In this document: positions 9,891-20,798 of the stretch, piece by piece | How the letters are laid out: each line of letters opens with the position of its first letter | How positions within the stretch are numbered: position 1 is the stretch's first letter | Assembly (NCBI GenBank): GCA_964627605.1 | Contig: CAZVGZ010000002.1 | Coordinates: 84,846-148,845, forward strand | Direction of reading: 5' to 3' | Origin: an uncultured bacterium | GTDB lineage: Bacteria; Latescibacterota; MWCZ01; CAZVGZ01 | Length of the DNA stretch: 64,000 nucleotides | Program-made: the position numbers and the translations under genes | Notes under the pieces: generated by a model | Seen by the model: the letters and a program-made list of their open reading frames with translations, nothing else | Databases searched by the model: none | Told to the model about the DNA's origin: nothing

Positions 9891-10843
9891 CGCCCACCTC
9901 CCACTAGATCACGCGCCAACGGAAGGAGGTTTATTGTGCCCTCGGTGCCGACAATGAACTTCGGTCGGCCTGCAAGCACCTTCTCCATCGTCTCTAGATA
10001 CAGCCTGGTTTCGGTGACCTCTTTGGCCCGTCGATATTCGCGCCAGACATCAATGAACCTGTCAGCCTGGCCGATAGCCTGGCGGACGCGGGAGATGCTG
10101 TCAGCCCTGGCCGCCTGAACCTTGCGTTGGTATTCGCCGGTTGCCCGTGGAACAATCCGGTTGCGGAACCGGTCGGCCTCTTCGAGCATCCTGGCGCTAT
10201 CCTCTTTGGCGCTGGTAACATCCAGAAACGCGTCAACCACAGGGTCCGGCGGTCGAACATCTCTTAGCTGAATCGCCAGAATCTCCAGTCCTGCGTCGTA
10301 ATCGCGATTCATGACCTCCTGCATCTTGTCCAGAATCTCGATCTCGATCATATCTTTGCGCTCGCTGATGGCGTCATCGATGGGGTGACGGCCGATGATC
10401 TCTCTTATAGTCGCCTCACCGACGTCCTGGAGGACCTCTTGCGGGCTTTCCAGATGAAACAGGAACGCAGGCAGATCACCAATGCGGTACTGGATGCTCA
10501 CCGGGCAGTCGACGATGTTTTTGTCGCCTGTGAGCATCTGTGACTGCCGCCGAACGTGAACAACGTTGCCTCGGCGGTCGGTTGTGTAGCCTATGTTGAC
10601 GCGTCTGATCTCATCGACTCGTCTTATGAAAGCGTTCTCCAGCGGCCATGGGATTTTCAGGTGCGGCCCAGCCTCCTCGGTCCGTTCGAACCTCCCGAAT
10701 CTCAAAATGACGGCCAACTCTCCTGGCGATACCTGCAGGTATGAAGACCAGAGAATCGCCACGACGACGATACCTGCGGCCACCAGCCCCGCCAGCTTTA
10801 CGTCGGGGCGACCGCCGCCCGTCGGCATTTTGAACTGCTGCAT
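9887..10843 (-). CDS. hflK: FtsH protease modulator HflK
   Basis: MLTGDKNIV, VRPPDPVVDAFLDV, RLYLETMEKVL; overlaps hflC by 4 nt. Confidence 0.93.
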   Translation of the reverse strand: MQQFKMPTGGGRPDVKLAGLVAAGIVVVAILWSSYLQVSPGELAVILRFGRFERTEEAGPHLKIPWPLENAFIRRVDEIRRVNIGYTTDRRGNVVHVRRQSQMLTGDKNIVDCPVSIQYRIGDLPAFLFHLESPQEVLQDVGEATIREIIGRHPIDDAISERKDMIEIEILDKMQEVMNRDYDAGLEILAIQLRDVRPPDPVVDAFLDVTSAKEDSARMLEEADRFRNRIVPRATGEYQRKVQAARADSISRVRQAIGQADRFIDVWREYRRAKEVTETRLYLETMEKVLAGRPKFIVGTEGTINLLPLARDLVGGGR

Positions 10844-10914
10844 TTGTCAACTCCTCACATTGCAACATCCAGAACATAGATGCCTGGATACGTTTGACTA
10901 CGCGAAAACTGTCT

Positions 10915-11850
10915 CTAGTAGGGCGACAACGATCCCAGATCGGCGATGCCACTGGTACCCTCATATCCACAGTGGATACCTGCTGCCTCCACCGCCAAAG
11001 AGAGCGCTCTTTCCAACTCCCCCCAACGCGCCCATCCCACAGCCAGCGCCCCCACGCTGACATCGCCGCATCCCACTGTGTCAATCACCTCTTGCGGCCT
11101 GTGGGCCGGGATGCGCACGGCATTCACATCAGCGGATGCCCTCTCAACACCGATTGCTCCATGCTCTGCGAGCGTGATAACCACCGCTGTTAGGCCCAAC
11201 GCGAGCATTTCCGAACAGAAATCGGCCTGGGCGTCATCTGTTTTCAGCGGTTGCCCTGCCAACGTCTCGGCCTCATCCAGGTTCATCTGGACCAGATCGG
11301 CTGTTTGGAGCCGCCTTCGCCAATCTTTCCGGCGATAGAGGCTGCGATGTCCTTCTGCACCGGTTTTGAGGGCGAGCGTGTGATAGTCCATCACAACAGG
11401 ACCGTCAAACGTCTTTTTTATCTTGAGCGCTGTATCTAGCGAGACCTCATGGCCGGTGATATGGTTGACGACCAGGGCATCCAACCCCTCTAAATGAGGC
11501 TTAATGTCAGCCCATGCCAGCGGCTCAAGACCCCCTTCAATCCTCTCGGTGCGTTCGTCCTCGGTATGAAATGTAATGAATGAGTGCTGCGTGGCGGACC
11601 GGGTGAGGATAACCGCGCTCTGGTCGCATCCTGCCGAACCCATCTGGTCCTCTACTATTCGAGCGATGTCGGTCCCCACACGGCAGATCGGTCGAGCTTT
11701 GGTTTTCCCTGGCAGCAACGCCGCCACGGTGAGCGCGGTGAAAAGAATACCACCAAAACTCTCGATCACACTACCGTCAACGAATGTCTTTGTGTCTCTG
11801 GCGGGCATTCCAATGATGCCGATGGTTGGAATCTGTGTCTCTTTTTTCAT
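10915..11850 (-). CDS. PfkB family carbohydrate kinase
   Basis: QMNLDEA, VITLAEHGA, DTVGCGD signature. Confidence 0.88.
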   Translation of the reverse strand: MKKETQIPTIGIIGMPARDTKTFVDGSVIESFGGILFTALTVAALLPGKTKARPICRVGTDIARIVEDQMGSAGCDQSAVILTRSATQHSFITFHTEDERTERIEGGLEPLAWADIKPHLEGLDALVVNHITGHEVSLDTALKIKKTFDGPVVMDYHTLALKTGAEGHRSLYRRKDWRRRLQTADLVQMNLDEAETLAGQPLKTDDAQADFCSEMLALGLTAVVITLAEHGAIGVERASADVNAVRIPAHRPQEVIDTVGCGDVSVGALAVGWARWGELERALSLAVEAAGIHCGYEGTSGIADLGSLSPY

Positions 11851-12093
11851 GGACCGGTGTCGTTGTCAAAGATGTCTATGCGAGGAGGTCTATGCCAAGT
11901 TTGATGCTGATTACGAGACTGGTCGATCTTGGTTGTCCAGCACCTAGGTTGGACCAACGAATCCGAACATCGGTTCCGCCTCCGGGTAATCGTGCGGCGG
12001 CAGTCCATCGCCTCATGGTAACCCCTTGTACCAACGAGCCCCAATGAATCCCTCTCCGATCCCAGATCATCGCGAGTCAGTCGGCGTAGACGA

Positions 12094-14139
12094 CTAACCA
12101 AAAACCACGCGAAGCGTGTCTTGGCGGGCTATTGTTAGGATGTCGGCATCTTTTCTGAGGTCGGCGATGCGAAACTGTCCGTCGCCTGCCTGTTTTGTTC
12201 CGAGCATCTCTCCAGGGCCGCGGATAGTGAGGTCTCTTTCGGCAATTTCGAAGCCGTCGCTGGTTTCGAGCATGGCGTTGATGCGTTGGGAGGCTTCTGG
12301 GGATACAGATCTGTCGTCTACTACTAGATAGCAGAATGATGGTCTGTCGCTTCGACCGATCCGGCCTCTTAGCTGGTGCAGTTGTGAGAGCCCGAATTTT
12401 TCGGCGTTTTCTATAATCATTACGGTGGCGGTAGGTACGTCTACGCCCACTTCGATCACAGTGGTGGCGACGAGGACGTCGGTGGTTCCGCTTTTGAAGG
12501 ATGACATGACGGCGTCGCGTTCGTCTGGGGGAATGCGACCGTGGAGCAGGCCGACGTTTAGCTCTTTTAGGGGACCGTCTCTGAGCGTTTCAAACCCCTG
12601 TTTGGCAGAGGCCAGGTCGGATTTTTCCGTCTTTTCTACTAGCGGGAAGATGATATACGACTGCTCTTTGCGTGATGCGGCTTCGCGGACGGTTTTCAGA
12701 GCGGCCTCGTGGTCTTTCTGCCTTAGGCCGATGGTCTTAATCAGCGTCCTGCCAGCGGGTTTTTCGTCGAGGATGGAGACGTCGAGGTCGCCATAGGCGG
12801 TCATCGCCAGGGTGCGGGGAATAGGTGTTGCGGTCATCACCAAGAGATCGGGAACCTGGCCCTTTCGACGGAGGGCGTGTCGCTGGATTACGCCGAAACG
12901 GTGTTGCTCGTCGATGACCACCAAGCCCAGTTTGGAGAACTCGACGCCTTGGGAGAGCAGCGCGTGGGTGCCGATGACTATTTTGGCGAAGCCGTTTGCT
13001 ATGCCCTGCAGTGTTTCACGGCGTGCAGCTGCGTTTTGGCTACCGGTGAGAAGGGCGGTGGAGATGCCGAGAGAGTCCATGTAGCCGGTGATAACAGTAT
13101 GGTGCTGTTCGGCTAAGACCTCGGTTGGAACCATGAGCGCGGACTGTTTTCCGTTAGCTTGGGCGATGAGCATAGCCAGGACGGCGACAAGGGTTTTGCC
13201 TGAACCAACGTCGCCTTGAAGTAGCCGGTTCATGGGAACTACGGTTCTCATGTCCTCGCGGATCTCTGTCAGGACGCGTTTTTGCCCGGCGGTCAGGTCG
13301 AACGGCAGTTTTTTCAGCAGTCGCTCGAAATCAGGTCCAACCTCGGTGAATGCGATTCCGGCTTTGGCTTCCATGGAGGCTTTTTTGCGCTTGGCCAGTT
13401 CGAGCTGGAACTCGAAAAACTCGTCGTAGACCAGCCGTTTGCGAGCTTCCAGGGCCTGTTTCATCGATTCAGGGAAATGGATTTTTTCTACTGCGTCGGG
13501 CCATGAAAGTAGATCTCTGAGGATTCTTATCGGTTCGGGAAGCGGGTCTATCAGCCAGGGACTTGCTCTGTCGAGTACGTCCCTCAATGTTTTTCTAAGG
13601 CCGCGAGCGTTTAGGCGGGCGTCGCGTAGTTCAGCGGTTAGCGGGTAGATCGGGACGATTCGGCCCATGTGGACCAGGTCCGGGTCTTCAGGATCGGACA
13701 GCACTTCTATCTCTGGATGGACCATCTGGAGCTTGGAGCGGAAAGCTGTAATTGGGCCGGTGACCGCCACCACGTCGCCTTTGGCGATGATGTGGCGCAT
13801 CACATCTGCACCGGCGAACCAGATGCAGATTAGCGTCGATCCGCTTTCGTCTTTGAGCGTCGCCTGGTAGCGCTGGCTCTTGCCATGTCCGACCAGAGCC
13901 GCCGACGTGACGTCCGCTATCAGAGTGACGTCCTCGCCTTCACAGAGCTCGGATATTGGGGCTATCTCACTGCGGTCGAGATATTTTCGGGGTATGTAAG
14001 TAAGAAGGTCGCCGACACTCAAGACGCCCACCGAAGCCAGCGCTTCAAGTCTTACCGACCCGATTCCCGGCATCTTTTCGAGATGCACATCGAACGGGTC
14101 GGTATTGTGGTCGATTGGTCTGTTGTCTGCTGTTGGCAT
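12094..14139 (-). CDS. recG: ATP-dependent DNA helicase RecG
   Basis: OB wedge domain; RLLQGDVGSGKT, DEQHRFG, MTATPIPRT, QLHQLRGRIGR, RGPGEMLGTKQAG. Confidence 0.97.
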   Translation of the reverse strand: MPTADNRPIDHNTDPFDVHLEKMPGIGSVRLEALASVGVLSVGDLLTYIPRKYLDRSEIAPISELCEGEDVTLIADVTSAALVGHGKSQRYQATLKDESGSTLICIWFAGADVMRHIIAKGDVVAVTGPITAFRSKLQMVHPEIEVLSDPEDPDLVHMGRIVPIYPLTAELRDARLNARGLRKTLRDVLDRASPWLIDPLPEPIRILRDLLSWPDAVEKIHFPESMKQALEARKRLVYDEFFEFQLELAKRKKASMEAKAGIAFTEVGPDFERLLKKLPFDLTAGQKRVLTEIREDMRTVVPMNRLLQGDVGSGKTLVAVLAMLIAQANGKQSALMVPTEVLAEQHHTVITGYMDSLGISTALLTGSQNAAARRETLQGIANGFAKIVIGTHALLSQGVEFSKLGLVVIDEQHRFGVIQRHALRRKGQVPDLLVMTATPIPRTLAMTAYGDLDVSILDEKPAGRTLIKTIGLRQKDHEAALKTVREAASRKEQSYIIFPLVEKTEKSDLASAKQGFETLRDGPLKELNVGLLHGRIPPDERDAVMSSFKSGTTDVLVATTVIEVGVDVPTATVMIIENAEKFGLSQLHQLRGRIGRSDRPSFCYLVVDDRSVSPEASQRINAMLETSDGFEIAERDLTIRGPGEMLGTKQAGDGQFRIADLRKDADILTIARQDTLRVVFG

Positions 14140-14290
14140 GGGATGACCTGCATTTGTGTCTGTGAGCGTCACGCACCTCAATTATCAGGTCGCTGGTCTG
14201 GAGGGGCAACCGGGAGCAGCCTTGAGATCGTCCCGTGATGTCGCGATCTTTCGGGGTCACGCCACTCGCCACCCCAGGAGGTCAGACAGA

Positions 14291-15360
14291 ATGATAGACA
14301 TCCGCACACTTGAGGGCGTTCGTGTTGACCGTATTATCACCGACGGCGGGTATTTCCCCGTCATACAGCGTATAGGTCCCAAAAGCGCAGTGCTGGTGTT
14401 GCGTACGAGAGCAGGGCATGGCGGGGTCGAGGGGCGGCTGGAGGTGATGCGGACGGATGATAACGGTATGACCTGGTCCGATTCGGTGGTGGCGGCAGAC
14501 AGCGAGAGGGATGACCGCAACCCGGCGTTGGAGGTGGTCGGGCAGGAGGTGATTGTGGCTTACTACCATCACGCGAGATATGATGCCGATCAGGTCTATC
14601 ACCCCGACGAACCGGTGGATACGATGGTAACCAGGTCGCCTGATGGTGTTGTGACGTGGGATCAACCGACGTTCGTTACTGATGGGCCGCTCAATGGTGC
14701 CTCTCCTTACGGTAAGATTGTGGCACTCAATGACGGCACGCTGCTGATGGACCTGTATTCGGTGGACGAGACCAACATATTTGAGGAAGCGGAAGAAGAC
14801 CCGACGATATACAAGTCGTACGTCATCCGCTCAAAAGACGGCGGCAGGACGTGGGGTGACGAATCGCTCATCGCCGAAGGACACAACGAGTGCGCGATGT
14901 GGGTGCTTGACAACGGCGAGATACTTGCTGTCCCGCGTCATCAGCGTCCTGGGTTCGGCGGGGCGAGTGTTTGGATTACCCGCAACAGATGGCGGTTATA
15001 GCTGGAGCGAGCTTGAAGATCTTACCGGCGCATGCGAGCATCCAGCGGAGCTTATCTACACTCAGCAACAGGTGGCTTCTGTTGACGTGGGACAACCGCA
15101 AGCCGCCTCACGGTGTAATGGGCAAAATCAGCACCGACAAGGGCCGGACATGGTTGGGTGAGGTGTTGCTATACGCAGATCACGCCCCGAACGGCGACTG
15201 CAGCTATCCGGCATCGACACGGCTTGATGATGGCACTATTATCACTGCGTACTATTCAGTAGGACCTGACTCAAATATAAATGATGGAAAGAGCGCTCAC
15301 TGCAACGTTGTGATCTACAGCGAGGAATCGCTAATCAAAGCTGCAAAAAAATCGCTCTAA
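14291..15360 (+). pseudogene. BNR/Asp-box sialidase-like protein interrupted by two frameshifts (~14984 and ~15057)
   Basis: AGGAGG RBS; Asp boxes (TDDNGMTW, SKDGGRTW, TDGGYSW, STDKGRTW) are spread across three successive frames; DCSYP near the C-terminus. Confidence 0.8.
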
Positions 15361-15415
15361 CAGCATAGGCGATCCATGGAAGATAGACTCAACCAGTTTA
15401 ACGGAGGTAACCGAT

Positions 15416-16564
15416 ATGCCGCTTGCTGACCTTAGATCTCAGGCCGCCCGCAAAACCCCTGAGGACCTCATCAAACACCTTGGCAGTTTTGAGCTTGACC
15501 TGAAGTTCTCGGCGGGTGTGTGGTTTTTCGCGCCGAGCGGTGGAAGATTCCACGACCGCTATGTCCCAAGCATGACCATCGAAGAGAGGTTGGAGGTCGC
15601 TGCTGAGATGGCCAAGTATGGCCTCAAAGGTGTGGAAGCGCACTATCCAGCCGAAGTAAACGAGGAGAACGTTCATCTGTATCAACGATTGGAAAAAGAG
15701 ACTGGTGTCAGGCTGATTACTGTCATCCCTGGTCTTTTTTACGATCCTGAGTTCGAGTGGGGATCGCTCTCGTCGTCTATCGTAAATGCCCGCCGAAAAG
15801 CGATTGATCTCACGATCTCTGCACTGAAGCTCAACAAGGAACTGGATACAGACTTTGCGGTGGTCTGGCCGGGCATTGACGGCTTTGAAAACACGTTTGG
15901 TCAGGATCATATGGCCGCTCGTGACCGCTTCTGTGAGGGTCTTGCTGAGGCGATGGATGCGGTGCCTGGAGTGCGGGTTGCCGAAGAGCCCAAACCTTAT
16001 GAGCCGAGGGGGCATATCCTCTATGGTACCACCGCCGAAGGGCTCTTGATGGCGCAGAAAATAGAGTCGTTTCTTACAGCCGAGGAGAACAAGAAAATCC
16101 TGGCGGACGGCCATGCGCTCATGACGATGAACCCAGAAGTGGGTCATATGATAATGGGCTATGAGGATTGCGCCTATGCGTTCAGCTTGATCCTAGAATA
16201 TGGCCGACTAGCCCACACCCATTGGAACAGCCAGCCGCTTGGCAACTACGATCAAGACCTCAATGTTGGCGTGATCTCAACGGAGCAGACCGAGGCGTCG
16301 CTCTACGTGCTCAAGATGCATGGCTATCAGGGTTACTTCGGACCCGATCTCAACCCGGAGCGGATGCCCGTACAGACGGCTCTACGCAACTGCTTCGACG
16401 CGATGCACGCCGCCAACGACCGTGTCAACAGTCTGGACCACGAAAAAGTAATCATGTCCACGATGAATCCAGACAAGAACCGTGGTTGGCTCGAAGCATA
16501 CCTCATCCGCCAACGCGCCCTGGCCTCCACGAAACTGGGACCAGCGCCTGATTTTGAGGGGTAG
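15416..16564 (+). CDS. Xylose isomerase-like (class I XylA/rhamnose isomerase superfamily) TIM-barrel sugar isomerase
   Basis: WPGIDG, EPKPYEPRG, NPEVGH, NYDQDL metal-binding motifs; GGAGG RBS. Confidence 0.85.
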   Translation: MPLADLRSQAARKTPEDLIKHLGSFELDLKFSAGVWFFAPSGGRFHDRYVPSMTIEERLEVAAEMAKYGLKGVEAHYPAEVNEENVHLYQRLEKETGVRLITVIPGLFYDPEFEWGSLSSSIVNARRKAIDLTISALKLNKELDTDFAVVWPGIDGFENTFGQDHMAARDRFCEGLAEAMDAVPGVRVAEEPKPYEPRGHILYGTTAEGLLMAQKIESFLTAEENKKILADGHALMTMNPEVGHMIMGYEDCAYAFSLILEYGRLAHTHWNSQPLGNYDQDLNVGVISTEQTEASLYVLKMHGYQGYFGPDLNPERMPVQTALRNCFDAMHAANDRVNSLDHEKVIMSTMNPDKNRGWLEAYLIRQRALASTKLGPAPDFEG

Positions 16565-16793
16565 CGATAGCACCAAACCAATCAACACATCCGGGGTGTC
16601 CAGTAATCATCTAGGCACCCCGTTGTTACTAGTCAAACGCGCTTTCTTCCAGCGCAGATAGACTACGCGGCGCTCGCGTTGTCGCAGAGTGTCTTGTCGT
16701 TGGAGAGGCCTGAGTAGTGAAGTAGCTATCACCACAACAGGCGGGAGAGCAGCTAGGAGGTTATTCTGTTATCTATCGTCGGCTGCCTGGTAA

Positions 16794-17372
16794 CTATTCA
16801 AGATCAAAGAGCAGTTCGCGCCTCATCTCGTTGGGGATGTTCGCAGCGGCACTGAGGTGTTTGTGCTCGACGCGAATTTTGGCGCGGGTCGTCAGGTCGG
16901 AGATGGCGGTGTGTTGCTCTTCTGTAAATGGGAACTGAATATAGTGAACAGCGCTGATCCTGTCCTCGCGGCGCTGCCGGGTGTCAGGCCGTGCTGTAAC
17001 CGGGTCTACTCCGTCCACATCGATAGAGACGCACTCATCGATTCCCAGCAGAGTGTCAAGTACGGGCTGTACATCTTCAAGTTCCGGGATCTCTATGAAC
17101 ATTGTGGCTGCGAGGCCGCCGTCGTTGGGCATGATCTCGTTGTATATCTCAATCTCTTCCTCAATGGCCTCCTCAAAAACTATCCGCTCTGCCCGCATCA
17201 TCTCGTGAATCTGATTGCGTACGGTGATCCTGTTCTCGAACAGTAGCGTGATCTTGTCGCCGACACTAATCCGCCGTTTGGATTTAGTCGCCATCGCCTC
17301 GGTTCTCATATCTGGTCGGGCTCTCTCGTAAGTGGCGATGTCGAGTATTTCGTCTCTGGTGATTTTTTTCAC
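16794..17372 (-). CDS. DUF3501 family protein
   Basis: LLFENR.TV..QI.EMMRAE, LAATMFIE, SAVHY; located downstream of rubrerythrin and Fe-S oxidoreductase. Confidence 0.9.
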   Translation of the reverse strand: MKKITRDEILDIATYERARPDMRTEAMATKSKRRISVGDKITLLFENRITVRNQIHEMMRAERIVFEEAIEEEIEIYNEIMPNDGGLAATMFIEIPELEDVQPVLDTLLGIDECVSIDVDGVDPVTARPDTRQRREDRISAVHYIQFPFTEEQHTAISDLTTRAKIRVEHKHLSAAANIPNEMRRELLFDLE

Positions 17373-17375
17373 GGC

Positions 17376-18704
17376 TTACCCCTTATCCCCGTCGCTGTCC
17401 AACGGCGCGTACCATCGATTGAGTACCGAAATCGGATGCTGCGGTTTGATCCCGGTCGCCTGTTCAATGTGAATCGCTGCCGGCGGACAGTCCGATACCG
17501 CGATATTCGCTTTGGCGTTTTGCATCCCCTCAAACGCTTTTCCACCCCACTGCATCGATATCTCAAAATAGTCCTTGCGCATCGCCCAGGTGCCGTCGTG
17601 GGCGCAGCATCGGTCGACCAACTCGACTTCGGCACCAGGAAGAATACGCAGAAGGTCGCGGCTCTTGAAACCGACATTCTGCGCCTTCAGGTGACATGGG
17701 ACGTGATAGACTATTTTGCCGATTTCGTCGCCTATGAAATTCCTGTCCAGCTTCTTCTGCTTGGCGAGGGCAACCAGCCATTCGCTCACATCGTAGGTCG
17801 CCTCAGCCACCGCCGCCGCTTTGGTGGTACCCATCAGCTCGGTGTACTCTTTTTTGAGCATGTATGTGCAGGTTGGGTTGGCGCAAACTATGTCGTAGCC
17901 CTGTTCGACGTAGGGATAGAGAGACCGGATGTTGCTTGCGGCCTGCTCTACAGCAAAATCGATATCCCCTACGTCAATCGCCGGCATACCGCAACAGTTC
18001 TGCTCTGGGCAGACTACCTCTACATCGTTGCGCTCGAGTACCTCCACGACGTCTCTGCCCACTGATGGGTCGTTGTAGTTCGTAAAACATGTATAGAAAA
18101 GAACAACCTTGCCGTTGGTGCCGAGGTTTTCGCCGGCCCCGCGCTTGTTGAACCACTTCCTGAATGTCTCACTGGTGAACGTCGGGAGCTGTTTGCGTTT
18201 GTCGATGCCCAACGCTCCCTGCATAACGAGTCGGTTTACCACGTTTTCGTTGGCCCAGTTCGATACCATCGGCAGTATAGTCGCCATTTTGCCGACTTTG
18301 TCTGGATCAGACAGGATTTTGTCCCCAAGAGACATGCCCTCTTTCTTGACCCGCTGAGCTTTGGCTCTAAGCATAAGACGCGGGAAATCCAGGGCGAAAT
18401 CGTGGCCATCGCCTGGGGTGTAGGGGCATTTGACGTAGCACAGCTTGCACTGGTAGCAGTGATCGACTATCGCGCGGTGTTGTTCGGTTTTCAGGTTAAG
18501 AACGTCGCCGTCCACATCTGGGTCATTATCAAGCGCCTTAAACAGATCGGGGAATGATGGGCAGAGGTTATGACACAGTCGGCATCCGTGGCAGATGTCG
18601 TAAACGCGATCAAACTCTGTCTTGAGCGCTTCGGCGTCCCAATACACCTGATCGTTCGGATTGTATGAAAGGGCCTCGGTGGGCCGTTGATTCATCACGG
18701 GCAT
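17376..18704 (-). CDS. Rubrerythrin-associated Fe-S oxidoreductase (GlpC/HdrB-like CCG domains)
   Basis: CHGCRLCHNLC and CYQCKLCYVKC 4Fe-4S motifs; CCGMP and CCAHDG CCG domains. Confidence 0.9.
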   Translation of the reverse strand: MPVMNQRPTEALSYNPNDQVYWDAEALKTEFDRVYDICHGCRLCHNLCPSFPDLFKALDNDPDVDGDVLNLKTEQHRAIVDHCYQCKLCYVKCPYTPGDGHDFALDFPRLMLRAKAQRVKKEGMSLGDKILSDPDKVGKMATILPMVSNWANENVVNRLVMQGALGIDKRKQLPTFTSETFRKWFNKRGAGENLGTNGKVVLFYTCFTNYNDPSVGRDVVEVLERNDVEVVCPEQNCCGMPAIDVGDIDFAVEQAASNIRSLYPYVEQGYDIVCANPTCTYMLKKEYTELMGTTKAAAVAEATYDVSEWLVALAKQKKLDRNFIGDEIGKIVYHVPCHLKAQNVGFKSRDLLRILPGAEVELVDRCCAHDGTWAMRKDYFEISMQWGGKAFEGMQNAKANIAVSDCPPAAIHIEQATGIKPQHPISVLNRWYAPLDSDGDKG

Positions 18705-18830
18705 TGTTTCACCTGTCTGCCGTCTGGTTGGTAGTGGTGGTTCCCAAGCCCAAATGAAAATAGGGACTCAAGCGAACTCAAGCCCCTATAATATCCACCT
18801 GGTTTACCAAATCTAATGGTTCGCGTGTTC

Positions 18831-19253
18831 TTAAAGTTCCAACGAGTCGAGACCGGTGGTAAAGCGCTGCGCGTGGGATTTCTCTGCCCGCGCCAACGTC
18901 TCCATCCACTCGGCGATCTCGTCAAAACCCTCATCCCTGGCGGTTTTGGACATGCCTGGATACATCTGCGTGTATTCGAACGTCTCGCCTTCAACAGCAG
19001 CTTTGAGATTCTTCTCGGTCGTGCCGATGGGAAGCCCCGTCGCTGGATCGCCAACCTCGGAAAGATACTCCAGGTGTCCGAGCGCGTGTCCGGTTTCGCC
19101 TTCGGCGGTGTCGCGGAACAGTCCAGCTACGTCTGGGTGCCCTTCGATGTCGGCCTGTTTGGCGAAATAGGTGTAGCGGCGGTTGGCTTGGGACTCGCCT
19201 GCGAACGCGTCCTTTAGGTTGTCATGCGTCTTTGTGCCATCAAGTCCTGGCAT
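18831..19253 (-). CDS. rbr: Rubrerythrin (short type, no rubredoxin domain)
   Basis: [36 protein letters not shown] di-iron motifs; AGGAGG RBS. Confidence 0.93.
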   Translation of the reverse strand: MPGLDGTKTHDNLKDAFAGESQANRRYTYFAKQADIEGHPDVAGLFRDTAEGETGHALGHLEYLSEVGDPATGLPIGTTEKNLKAAVEGETFEYTQMYPGMSKTARDEGFDEIAEWMETLARAEKSHAQRFTTGLDSLEL

Positions 19254-19325
19254 TTTTTTCGCCCTCCTAAAACCGATGTGATTTGGTGTTACCACTTGCG
19301 GCGTGTCCGCACAGCAGAATATGAC

Positions 19326-19358
19326 GGCCCGCAGGGAGTGAATCCTGGCCTGCGGGCC
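19326..19358 (-). terminator. GC-rich hairpin downstream of sodA (terminator or mRNA stabilizer)
   Basis: GGCCCGCAGG...CCTGCGGGCC 10-bp inverted repeat; no clear U-tract. Confidence 0.5.
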
Positions 19359-19367
19359 TGTTGATGT

Positions 19368-19979
19368 TTACGCTGATGCCGCGCTGCACAGCTCGAACAC
19401 TTTGTCCCAGTTCACGACATTCCACCACGCTGCGACGTAGTCAGGGCGCAGGTTCTGATACTTCAGGTAGTATGCGTGTTCCCAGACATCGAGAGTCAGA
19501 ATGGGTGTATGTCCCAAAGAGAGTGGCGAATCCTGATTGGGGGTGCTGTAGGCCTCAAGTTTCCCGTCGGCGAGCACCAACCAAGACCATCCGCTTCCAA
19601 ACCGTTTGGTAGCGTTGGTTGAAAAAGTCTCTTTGAAAGAGTCAAAGCTCCCAAATGATGCGTTGATCGCATCCGCCAACGCTCCAGAGGGTTCGCCGCC
19701 GCCGTCTGGGGACATGACCTGCCAGAAGAGTGAGTGGTTGGCGTGGCCACCACCGTTGTTGATGACCGCTTGCCTTATATCCTCTGGCACGTCATTGACA
19801 CCAATCAGCAGATCTTCAATGCTCTTGTTGCCCAGATCGGCGTGGCCTTCAAGCGCTGTGTTGAGGTTGTTGACGTAGGCGTTGTGATGTTTGGAGTGGT
19901 GAATCTCCATTGTGCGAGCGTCGATATGCGGCTCTAGCGCGTCATAGGCGTAGGGCAGCGGCGGCAATGAATGTGGCAT
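19368..19979 (-). CDS. sodA: Superoxide dismutase, Mn-type
   Basis: [15 protein letters not shown] (Mn-type), [13 protein letters not shown]. Confidence 0.95.
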   Translation of the reverse strand: MPHSLPPLPYAYDALEPHIDARTMEIHHSKHHNAYVNNLNTALEGHADLGNKSIEDLLIGVNDVPEDIRQAVINNGGGHANHSLFWQVMSPDGGGEPSGALADAINASFGSFDSFKETFSTNATKRFGSGWSWLVLADGKLEAYSTPNQDSPLSLGHTPILTLDVWEHAYYLKYQNLRPDYVAAWWNVVNWDKVFELCSAASA

Positions 19980-20074
19980 ATAATCATCTCCCCGTAATAC
20001 TATTTTGTCCTCAGGCCACACGGTGTGACCCGTCTATTCACCAATCCCACCGACATTGGCGGCGGGTTTGATGG

Positions 20075-20485
20075 CTAAGTTTTAGGTTCACTTTCAACGC
20101 ATTCTGGACATCTGCCGAAAAACTGTGTTCTGCGATATCCCACTTGAAACATCGTCTGCTCTTTCGCTGCGATGTCGATCTGCTCCATCGTCGCGGTGTC
20201 GAGCTTAACGTCCACAACCCGGCCGCACGAGATGCATACGGCGTGGGAGTGTTCTCCGGTGGTGGCGTCGTAGATGCGACCGCCGCTGGGCATATCCAGC
20301 CCGACAATCTGCCCATCGTCTTCAAGAAGCCTCAGATTGCGGTAGATGGTGCCCAGGCTGATCGAAGGGTTGGTGCGTTTTACAACCTCATATATGTGAT
20401 CGGCGGTGGCGTGGCCACCAGAGGCGATCGCGGCTAAAACCGCCTGCCTCTGCTTAGTTGATCTTCTCTGTCTTGGAAACGACAT
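20075..20485 (-). CDS. Fur-family regulator, PerR-like
   Basis: HATAD, SLGTIYRNL, YD....HSHAVCISC..VVD, CPEC: PerR-type ligand set; heads the oxidative-stress cluster. Confidence 0.88.
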   Translation of the reverse strand: MSFPRQRRSTKQRQAVLAAIASGGHATADHIYEVVKRTNPSISLGTIYRNLRLLEDDGQIVGLDMPSGGRIYDATTGEHSHAVCISCGRVVDVKLDTATMEQIDIAAKEQTMFQVGYRRTQFFGRCPECVESEPKT

Positions 20486-20505
20486 GAAATCCCGGTCTGA
20501 GTTTA

Positions 20506-20555
20506 CTTAAGAGGAACCGTTATCATTAATATAATTCTGCAATTTGGATTGTCAA
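20506..20555 (-). promoter_or_regulatory. Sigma70-type promoter with adjacent Fur/Per-box-like palindrome
   Basis: Minus strand TTGACA-16nt-TATATT, immediately followed by TAATGATAAC-G-GTTCCTCTTA (imperfect dyad). Confidence 0.6.
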
Positions 20556-20798
20556 GGGACGTCTGCGAAAAAAGTTTTTGGGATCGCATGTGTTACTGGT
20601 CGGCCACGACAGGATGGCGCGCGCAGGGCGTCTCTGGTGTGTCTAGGAGCACTTGAATTTCTGACAATGCCTGCAAACGAATGCGTTTCAACCATGGTCA
20701 TCTGATCCCTTCAGAATAAGGTTCCCATAGTGAAAAACAGTGTGGACGTTCTACCGACGCCCCTGTGGTTGATGAAAAAGGGCGTGCCATCACACGCG

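Noticed and set aside
11847-12101. Short ORFs or a possible ncRNA between recG and the pfkB gene
   Set aside because: No recognisable protein motif or convincing structured-RNA pattern
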